A stretch of 64,000 nucleotides of DNA, from positions 416,001 to 480,000 of the forward strand of contig CP045477.1 in assembly GCA_009392915.1 (NCBI GenBank). Direction: 5' to 3'. The position numbers and the translations under genes were made by a program. The first letter of the stretch is position 1, and each line of letters opens with the position of its first letter. The DNA comes from Candidatus Forterrea multitransposorum CG_2015-17_Forterrea_25_41 (GTDB taxonomy: Archaea; Iainarchaeota; Iainarchaeia; Iainarchaeales; CSSED10-239). Under the pieces are notes generated by a model. That model did no database searches and was not told where the DNA came from. It saw only the letters and a list, made by a program, of their open reading frames with translations. Shown piece by piece: positions 57,133 to 64,000 of this stretch.

Positions 57133-57612
57133 ATGATAAAAAGTGGAATGAAAAACCAAAATGAAAATAATGATAATTATTTAACAATTATCCTTGATGA
57201 TGGGGATGAAGTTGTTTATTGTGTAGAATCTGCTTTTAAAGAAAACTCTATCAAGAAAGCTATATTAGTTTCTGCAGATGGAAAACTAAGAGATTCAAAA
57301 ATGGCAATCTCAAGAGCAGGAAACCTAAGACAAAGAATATATTCAGAACCTTTAAAGATTAAACAAGTTTCAGGAGAATTTAATAAAATAAATGATGATT
57401 ATTTTGGAGATGTTAACATCTCTCTTGAAAAAGACCCAATCCATACTGTAAGTGGAGCTTTACTTAAAGGAATTGCAGATGGAGAAGTAACAATTAGATT
57501 TAAAATAATTAAAGATCTTGATTATCAACCTAATAATACAAAAACAATGGTTAAAGAAAAAATAATACAAGAAACTGTTAAAAAAGAACCTAAGCCTATG
57601 ATTATAGCTTAG
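57133..57612 (+). CDS. Possible PPC/DUF296-like domain protein
   Basis: YLTIILDDGDEVVYCVESAFKENSIKKAILVSADGKL weakly resembles the PPC-domain N-terminus. Confidence 0.3.
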   Translation: MIKSGMKNQNENNDNYLTIILDDGDEVVYCVESAFKENSIKKAILVSADGKLRDSKMAISRAGNLRQRIYSEPLKIKQVSGEFNKINDDYFGDVNISLEKDPIHTVSGALLKGIADGEVTIRFKIIKDLDYQPNNTKTMVKEKIIQETVKKEPKPMIIA

Positions 57613-58376
57613 TTTTTTTCTATTTTTTTATATATTTTTAAAATTATTTTTCTTATATTTCTTTTTAGTTTGTTTTTAAAATTTGGATTATTCTTACAAT
57701 AGTTATAAGAATATATTATAAAAAGCAAAAAAACAATTACAAAAAAATAAACTAAAGTATAATCTTTTTCTTCTTCTTTATAGACTACTATTTTTTCTAA
57801 CCTAAAGGGAAGATAACTTTGAGAAAAATCATCTGTTAAATAACTAAAGTTTCTATCAATAATATAAAATTTATTTAAAGATTCTGAAAATACACTATTT
57901 GTTTTAATTATATCTTTTGGAAAATCATAATAAACATTTAAATCATGTAAAGAATAAGTTACAAATAAATAATCTTGATAGTCTTTTTTAGAAATTACCC
58001 TTAAATGAATTTCTTTCTTTGAAATATTTAAAGAATCGTAAAGTTGAGTATAACCAGAAATATTTAAATCTTTTTTTAAAGAAATTTCTTTTTCAGAAAT
58101 AATTTTAAGTTCTGGAAGAGAATCATATTCTTTTAATATCTGCTCATATCTTAAAGAATCATTAGCATCTATTATGGAAAAATCAATTAATGGAAAATCT
58201 AAAAGATAATTATTAAATTCATTTTTTAAAAGATTATAATCTTTTTCTAAAAGATAAAGATTACTTTCAAAATCACTTGCATAAATAAAAGGTGTAAAAA
58301 ATAAGAAGAAGATAAATATTAAGATACAAAAGTAAGATTGTTTAAATAAAGAATTAAGTAAATCTTTATTATTCAT
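57609..58376 (-). CDS. Type I membrane protein, unknown function
   Basis: It has a signal-like N-terminus, an extracellular domain, a C-terminal TM (LVYFFVIVFLLFIIYSY) and a basic tail. Confidence 0.45.
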   Translation of the reverse strand: MNNKDLLNSLFKQSYFCILIFIFFLFFTPFIYASDFESNLYLLEKDYNLLKNEFNNYLLDFPLIDFSIIDANDSLRYEQILKEYDSLPELKIISEKEISLKKDLNISGYTQLYDSLNISKKEIHLRVISKKDYQDYLFVTYSLHDLNVYYDFPKDIIKTNSVFSESLNKFYIIDRNFSYLTDDFSQSYLPFRLEKIVVYKEEEKDYTLVYFFVIVFLLFIIYSYNYCKNNPNFKNKLKRNIRKIILKIYKKIEKN

Positions 58377-58415
58377 TATAAAAATATTAGTTATTAGAAA
58401 ACTATTTAATTATTA

Positions 58416-59180
58416 CTATTTTTTAAAACCAGATATAAAAAATAAAGTTTTCTTTTCAAAAACTTTAAATAACTCAAATCCCTTAAACTCAGGAGAATAT
58501 TTAAGAAGAGAAATATTTTCTTCTAAAAACCATTTTTTAACTTCTTTGATAGTATGGTAAGACTCAAAAGGAACTAAATATCTATCATAAATAGAATTTT
58601 TTGGAGCATTCTTTAATGGTTTTAATAAAAAAGAATGATTAAAATAATAATCTAGTTTTTTAGGATCTTTTGAAAAGAAAGTATGTAGTAAAAACCTAAT
58701 AATTCTATACCTTAATCTTGCAAATTTATGATAAAGTGCAATAGTTATGACACCATTTTTTTTTAAAAGAGAAGTTAGTTTTTTAAAACCTTTAAAAGCA
58801 TCTTCTGTATGATGTAAAACCCCTATTGAAAAAATATAATCAAATGTTCCTAAATCACTTAAATCATCATTTAAAATATCTTTTTGAAAAATTTTAATAT
58901 TTAATTTTTCATCAATTACTCTCTTTCTAAGAACAGACAACTGTCCAGAAGATAGATCAATTGAAGTAACCTTTGCCCCTTTTTTTGCAAGAAAAATAGA
59001 TTTTTCTCCAGTTCCACATCCAGCATCTAGTATTTTTTTACCTCTTAGGTCTTTTAAGTCTGCTTTAGAGTAAGAAATAATACCAGAAATTAGTTTATTA
59101 TGTTTTTTTCTTTGACGATTAGTATAAAGTTTAATTAAAGGATAATTATAGTTATCATAATAATTTTTTACTTCTTTCAT
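58416..59180 (-). CDS. Class I SAM-dependent methyltransferase
   Basis: Motif I is ILDAGCGTGEKSIFLAKKGAKVTSIDLS, with post-I and motif II also present. Confidence 0.85.
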   Translation of the reverse strand: MKEVKNYYDNYNYPLIKLYTNRQRKKHNKLISGIISYSKADLKDLRGKKILDAGCGTGEKSIFLAKKGAKVTSIDLSSGQLSVLRKRVIDEKLNIKIFQKDILNDDLSDLGTFDYIFSIGVLHHTEDAFKGFKKLTSLLKKNGVITIALYHKFARLRYRIIRFLLHTFFSKDPKKLDYYFNHSFLLKPLKNAPKNSIYDRYLVPFESYHTIKEVKKWFLEENISLLKYSPEFKGFELFKVFEKKTLFFISGFKK

Positions 59181-59836
59181 AATTTAATCAAAGACTTTAG
59201 TTTATTTAAAGTTATTTCTTTAGTACTTTTTACAATTAAAGAAGCTTTTAATTTTTTAAAATCAGAAACTGTAGTAAATTCTGATAACACACCTACAGAT
59301 TTTAGACCAGCTCTATGAATAGAAACAATACCTTGAAGAGAATCTTCTATTCCTACACATTCATTAGATGAAAGTTTTAAAAAAGTTAAAGGATTATAAA
59401 AAGCATCTTTGTAAGGTTTATGTCTTTTAATATCTTCAGAAGTTAAAATTAAATCAAAATAATCTAAAAGATTAAATTTATTAAGTAAAAACAAAATATT
59501 TTCTTTTTCATTTGAAGAAGAAATAACAATTTTAATATTATTTTTCTTTAATGTTTTTAAAAGATTAATTATACCTGGGTTAGGTTTTATTTCTTTTAAG
59601 AAAGAATAAAAAATATCATGTTTTTCAGAAATATAATCTGAAAGCTTTATTGAAAGATTATATTTTTTATTTACATATTTTAGAAAATCTTTAGTTGTTG
59701 TTGCAAGATTTTCTTTTTGTTCTTTTTTTGTAAATTTTATATTATATTTTTTAAAAAAAAGTTCTCTAGTCTTAAGATAATATTTAGCAGAGTTAAATAA
59801 TACTCCATCAAAATCAAAAATAACAGCTTTTAACAT
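59177..59836 (-). CDS. HAD-superfamily hydrolase (beta-phosphoglucomutase-like subfamily IA)
   Basis: Motif I is VIFDFDGVLFNS, followed by the SSS motif and the GIEDSLQG motif. Confidence 0.85.
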   Translation of the reverse strand: MLKAVIFDFDGVLFNSAKYYLKTRELFFKKYNIKFTKKEQKENLATTTKDFLKYVNKKYNLSIKLSDYISEKHDIFYSFLKEIKPNPGIINLLKTLKKNNIKIVISSSNEKENILFLLNKFNLLDYFDLILTSEDIKRHKPYKDAFYNPLTFLKLSSNECVGIEDSLQGIVSIHRAGLKSVGVLSEFTTVSDFKKLKASLIVKSTKEITLNKLKSLIKL

Positions 59837-59908
59837 AAATTTACACCTATAAAAAAAATGATTAATAATAAAAAAAAAGAAAAAAGAAAAAATGATTTTA
59901 AAAAAAAA

Positions 59909-60370
59909 TTATCTATCTTTCCATGCAACAAGACCTATTATTACTAAATATGCAATTCCAACAAAAATATTTACTATTGGAATAATAGCTAAAATAGGTA
60001 CTAAAGCAAGCCATCCAGGATACTTTCTTTTCTCAAAGATTCTCCACATGGATATTAAAGCTAGAACCATTACAGCAGCCCATCCTAAAACAGGAACTAA
60101 TAGTAAGAATATTAATGCCCAATGGAATCCACCAAGCTCTAAGATCATTGCATAATTTGCAATTGGGATCCATGCAAGCCAAGCTTTTTTATATTTTAAT
60201 TTTTTTCCAATAGTTTGGAATGCAAGTGCTGTATAAATATATAAAGCAACACCAACTATACCAGCTAATAAAGCCATACCAGCAATTAAAGCAATTATAC
60301 CACCTAATGCTTCAGGACTAGCTGTCATATTAGTGCTATCAACTGCAGCAAATAACATATTTGAAAACAT
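59909..60370 (-). CDS. Small polytopic membrane protein (DUF5684-like)
   Basis: KKAWLAWIPIANYAMILELGG and the GW-containing TM repeats resemble my recollection of the family. Confidence 0.45.
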   Translation of the reverse strand: MFSNMLFAAVDSTNMTASPEALGGIIALIAGMALLAGIVGVALYIYTALAFQTIGKKLKYKKAWLAWIPIANYAMILELGGFHWALIFLLLVPVLGWAAVMVLALISMWRIFEKRKYPGWLALVPILAIIPIVNIFVGIAYLVIIGLVAWKDR

Positions 60371-60475
60371 TTATTACGCCTCCGTTTTTAATTGTAATTT
60401 ATAACATATATAACATATAAAAGATTTATAAAGGTATTATTTTTAAAAATACCCTTAAATTTCTTTTAAAAACCC

Positions 60476-60946
60476 TTAAATTTCATCTACAGAATAAACA
60501 AAATCTAAATCTATTTTATCATATGAGAATAATTCTTCATCTTTAAAAAATCTTGCAATTTCAATATCTGAAGAAACTTGTGAATCTGAAGCATGTACAA
60601 CATTACATTGCCCACTTAAAGAATAATCTCCTCTAATAGTTCCAGCTTCTGCTTCATAACCTTTTGTAACACCTACAAGATTTCTTACAACAGTAATAGC
60701 ATTTACACCTTCAATTACAAGTAAAACAGAAGGAGCACTTTGCATAAATCTTTTTAAATGAGGGAAAAAAGGCTTATCTTTTAAATGAAAATAATGTTCA
60801 CCTATTAAGTCATCATTTAAGTGCATCATTTTAAGTCCTACAAGTTTTAGTCCTTTTCTTTCAAATCTATGTAGGATTTCTCCAACAAGACCTCTATTTA
60901 ATGAATCTGGTTTAAAAATAACTAATGTTCGTTCCATATTTGACAC
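60476..60946 (-). CDS. ndk: Nucleoside diphosphate kinase
   Basis: ERTLVIFKPDSLNRGLVGEILHRFERKGLKLVGLKMM and the active-site NVVHASDS are present. Confidence 0.95.
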   Translation of the reverse strand: MSNMERTLVIFKPDSLNRGLVGEILHRFERKGLKLVGLKMMHLNDDLIGEHYFHLKDKPFFPHLKRFMQSAPSVLLVIEGVNAITVVRNLVGVTKGYEAEAGTIRGDYSLSGQCNVVHASDSQVSSDIEIARFFKDEELFSYDKIDLDFVYSVDEI

Positions 60947-60954
60947 CTCTAAAT

Positions 60955-62145
60955 TTATTTTCTTTCTAAAATGTATATGTATCTATTGATTTTTGAATCG
61001 TTTGCAGCTGCATAAAAAATAGGATTTTCAATTGAAATTTGGTTTGTAATTTTTGATGTATCTAAATAATCAAAACCATTATTTAAAAATACAGAATCAG
61101 AGACTTTTAATAATTGATTATCATATGTCTTAAGTTCTGGTAAGATACAAACAATTCTTGTTTTTGGTTTTAAATTACTATAAAGATTTCTAAATAAATC
61201 AGAATAAAGTTTATTTAAAGAATCAACTATACTTTTAGCTCTTAAAAAATTTGGTAATTTAGAGATAAAAGGACCCATGTATGGTTCAAAAACAACTCCG
61301 TCTACAGAAAAATTAAGTTTAGATGAATCACCATGAAGTACAGTAAAATCATTTGTATATTTAAAATAAGAAACAGCCCAGGCTAAATTTTTCTTAGAGC
61401 TTATAACTTTTTCTCTTTCTTTGTCAATTCCTAAAACATTATATCCTTTAGATAAACCTTCTATTAAAAAATTTCCAAAACCACAAAAAGGGTCTAAAAT
61501 TCTTTTTCCTTTTTTAAGACCTAAAATATTTATCATTATTTTAATAAGTCTAAAAGAAGTTGAATATAATTTTTCTTGTTCAGGTCTTAAAGTATCTTTT
61601 TTAATTATATCTTTAGGAGAATAACAAACAACTGCATATCCTAAATAATATTTATTATCAACTTTTGTAAAAAAGATTTCAAAACCTTTATCTAAAGAAT
61701 AAGAAAAATAATTATTAGGATTAATAATTGTGTTTTCTTTTTTATCTTTAAACTTTTTTGCTTTTTTTAAAACACCTTTAACTTTCTCTAGTTTAAATTG
61801 TTCTTTAAAAGATTGTTTTAAAAAATCAAGATCATCTTGAGAAATAAATTTATGTGAGATTCCATAATTAAATTTATTTGAATAATCTTTATCAAAAAAA
61901 TTTAAAAAATCACTAGATAGTTTATTAGAACTATAAAAGACTTTATAGATCCTTGTAGTTCCACCTAAATCATCTATGATTTTTGAAAAATCTACTTTTT
62001 GTTTAAAATCAAAAATAGCATAAGTATCTGTACTTGTAATATAAGAAAAGGAAATATTATTTAGTTTAAAATAAGAAAATACCTCAAGTATTGATAATTT
62101 ATAATCCCTTCCAAATAAAAATAAGTACATATATTTCAAACACAA
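60955..62145 (-). CDS. Putative RNA (tRNA guanine-N2, Trm11/UPF0020-like) methyltransferase
   Basis: The SAM motif is ILDPFCGFGNFLIEG...VLGIDKE and a motif-IV-like VFEPYMG is present. The N-terminal half could be THUMP-like. Substrate is not determinable. Confidence 0.5.
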   Translation of the reverse strand: MCLKYMYLFLFGRDYKLSILEVFSYFKLNNISFSYITSTDTYAIFDFKQKVDFSKIIDDLGGTTRIYKVFYSSNKLSSDFLNFFDKDYSNKFNYGISHKFISQDDLDFLKQSFKEQFKLEKVKGVLKKAKKFKDKKENTIINPNNYFSYSLDKGFEIFFTKVDNKYYLGYAVVCYSPKDIIKKDTLRPEQEKLYSTSFRLIKIMINILGLKKGKRILDPFCGFGNFLIEGLSKGYNVLGIDKEREKVISSKKNLAWAVSYFKYTNDFTVLHGDSSKLNFSVDGVVFEPYMGPFISKLPNFLRAKSIVDSLNKLYSDLFRNLYSNLKPKTRIVCILPELKTYDNQLLKVSDSVFLNNGFDYLDTSKITNQISIENPIFYAAANDSKINRYIYILERK

Positions 62146-62190
62146 TTGTTTTTATTTTTTTTAAAAAAATGAAAAAATAAAAGAAGAAAA

Positions 62191-62919
62191 TTACTTCTTC
62201 TTTTTATCATCTTTTTTAGCAGCAGGAGCAGCTTTACCAGCTGGAGCTTTTGAATCTTTACCAGCAACAACTTTACCTTTTGCAGCTTTAAGTTCTTGAG
62301 CTTTTGCTTCTTCTGCTTTCTTTTCTTCTTCTGCCATAGCAGCAAGTTTTCTTCTCTTCTTTGTAGTTCCAACAGATTTTAAGTTGTCTTTATTTTCTTC
62401 AATTACAACTTTCATTCTACAAGGAAGTTTAGAATCAAGTCTTTCAAAGACTTTTTTTACAAATTCAACATTTGCTTCATCAACTAAAACACTAAATAAT
62501 TTTTGATTAGATTTAACTCTTGCAGCAACACCAACAACTTTTCCAAAAGGGCATTGACTCATACCTTGTTGAATTCTGTCGGCTTTAGCACCTTGAGCTT
62601 GTTTATTTTCTCTTAAGAAAAATTGAGGATATACTCTTAATTTCATATAGAAATTTTGAGCAGTTAATTTTTTATTTAAGTTTCTTACAACAGTTGTTCT
62701 TACAGATTCTAAAGCTGAATCTCTAATTTGTATTTTTTCAGAAGTTACATAATGAACTACATGAGAATATTGTTTTTCTCCAAAACCCATATGGTATTGT
62801 CTAACTTTAATACCTGGAGTTCCGCCTACATAGTTCTTTCTATGCACTCTTTTTGCAACTCTTGTATATGCTCTTTTATTTACTTTTGGATTATAACAAT
62901 GTCCTGGTCTAACACCCAT
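62191..62919 (-). CDS. rpl10e: Ribosomal protein uL16 (L10e) with a Lys/Ala-rich C-terminal extension
   Basis: MGVRPGHCYNPKVNKRAYTRVAKRVHRKNYVGGTPGIKVRQYHMG and the rest of the ~185-aa core match archaeal L10e. A further ~57 aa follow (KKRRKLAAMAEEEKKAEEAKAQELKAAKGK...AAKKDDKKKK). Confidence 0.9.
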   Translation of the reverse strand: MGVRPGHCYNPKVNKRAYTRVAKRVHRKNYVGGTPGIKVRQYHMGFGEKQYSHVVHYVTSEKIQIRDSALESVRTTVVRNLNKKLTAQNFYMKLRVYPQFFLRENKQAQGAKADRIQQGMSQCPFGKVVGVAARVKSNQKLFSVLVDEANVEFVKKVFERLDSKLPCRMKVVIEENKDNLKSVGTTKKRRKLAAMAEEEKKAEEAKAQELKAAKGKVVAGKDSKAPAGKAAPAAKKDDKKKK

Positions 62920-63290
62920 AAATACTCACCTATAATTTTAAATTTTTTTATAAATTAACTCCTTTATTTTAAAGTTTTACTTAGTAACAAAGAAATTGTC
63001 TAATATAATATATATATAGAAAAGTATATAAAGTAATATTTTAGAAGTAAAAATAAGATTAAAACTTAATTAAATTGAAAGTAAGAACAGGGATCTGTTA
63101 TATAGGATAACAGTGTGCTCTTACCTTCTTCTTTCTGCCTTTTTTTTCTATTTGTGAAATTAGGTAATAGATTACCGTAAATATTATTGATAAAACTCTT
63201 TTTATAGGTATGGGGGTTGTAAAAAAAAACTAAAATAAGAAAAAAGTTTAGAAAACTAAACTCTTTTATGTTGAAGATAAATTAATAAAA

Positions 63291-64000
63291 TCATCCATAA
63301 GTAGTTGCTTTAATACTTTTAACTACACCACTTACAAGAACCCAGCCACCCCATTGACCAGTATTTCTGGATGAATTGGTTACAGATAAAGTCCAACCAG
63401 GTTCACTGTCACCAACTTCCCAATATTTACATTTTTTAGAAGAACCAAAAGCTTCTACTTTAATATTATAATTACCAGCAGGAACTTTCCAAGATCCATC
63501 TTTATCAGTTGCAAGTTGTGAACCACCATATTTAAGATATAAACCATCATTTCCATAATCATTAGTTATTGAACAAACATATGAAGCACTTGTTGAAGAA
63601 TAATTAAAAGTGAGACCTGCTTGAGAAGTATCATTTTCAGAAGCTAAACTAACTACTCCTTCTAAAACTAAATTACCTTGTGTACTTAAACCCTGGTAAA
63701 AGAAACCTGCAGAAGACCAAAATTCATTTAATTTAACACCACCACCTGAGAACGCAGGCTGAGCTACAACTGTACCACCTGATTGCGACCAACCAGACAA
63801 ACTAGTAATACTAGTTTGATTTAATAAAACTACAGCAGGAGCTGATAGAACAAGATTAATACTTGAACTTGTTGCTGTTCTTGAAGCACCATCTGTTACA
63901 GTTACTCTAATATATTTTGTACCAGTAGTTGAAAATGAATAAGTTGGATTTGAAACTGAAGTTCCAAAAACAATCCAAGTACTTTGATTTGTACTATATT
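63291..64000 (-). CDS. Surface protein, C-terminal part: PKD domain plus a ~170-aa beta-sandwich-like terminal domain; 5' end outside the window
   Basis: The frame stays open past the track's TTG 'start' to the window edge. It reads STWIVFGTSVSNPTYSFSTTGTKYIRVTVTDGASRTATSSSINLV, a PKD signature (WxFG...Y.F...G.Y.V.L.V.D..G). The terminal domain is G/S/W-rich. Confidence 0.7.
   Translation of the reverse strand, partial: YSTNQSTWIVFGTSVSNPTYSFSTTGTKYIRVTVTDGASRTATSSSINLVLSAPAVVLLNQTSITSLSGWSQSGGTVVAQPAFSGGGVKLNEFWSSAGFFYQGLSTQGNLVLEGVVSLASENDTSQAGLTFNYSSTSASYVCSITNDYGNDGLYLKYGGSQLATDKDGSWKVPAGNYNIKVEAFGSSKKCKYWEVGDSEPGWTLSVTNSSRNTGQWGGWVLVSGVVKSIKATTYG

Noticed and set aside
62136-62372. 78-aa minus-strand ORF overlapping the uL16 tail in another frame
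   Set aside because: It is an alternative frame of the Lys/Ala-rich tail-coding DNA. The uL16 frame is continuous with the conserved core, so that reading is preferred.

Overview
By eye the window is strongly AT-rich, gene-dense and mostly minus-strand. It reads as an archaeal chromosome segment, and a small-genome DPANN-type lineage is my inference, not a computed placement. Archaeal markers are uL16/L10e, Dph2, an archaeal-type peroxiredoxin ending in CYDWWLC, a PGF-pre-PGF surface protein, tRNA-Tyr with a C1:G72 pair, and a ~270-nt SRP RNA that no ORF track would show. Bacterial-type UvrA/UvrC, MnmA and a full-length ThrRS sit alongside them. Housekeeping content includes ValRS, ThrRS, FtsZ, Ndk, Fe/Mn-SOD, Prx, a divergent Prs-like protein, three ABC transporter sets, and four tRNAs (Tyr-GUA, Leu-CAA, Ser-GCU, Asp-GUC). 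I saw no rRNA, CRISPR array, transposase or integrase. The left ~10.6 kb looks like an accessory or defence island. It holds a type I R-M operon, two PUA-like (EVE-like and ASCH) proteins, an EEP nuclease paired with an HExxH protein, a transglutaminase-like membrane protein and an AlbA_2/Schlafen-like regulator. The lead candidate for an undescribed system is in the type I R-M operon. hsdM and hsdS are separated by a tightly coupled three-gene cassette (two small membrane proteins plus a PIN-like nuclease), followed by a coupled P-loop ATPase; no hsdR is in the window. The second candidate is a Tad/archaeal type-IV-pilus-like locus whose secretion ATPase carries an N-terminal 2x[4Fe-4S] ferredoxin domain. 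Other points of interest are listed here:
- a DUF5320 / NifX-like / DUF134 operon with two TGAAT-N4-ATTCA palindromes upstream
- an orphan EncFtn-like ferritin without a shell gene
- uL16 with a Lys/Ala-rich tail
- a membrane-tethered wHTH regulator among secreted proteins
- a frameshifted wHTH gene next to tRNA-Tyr
- a perfect 12-bp in-frame tandem repeat
All family assignments come from motif recognition by eye. No searches were run.
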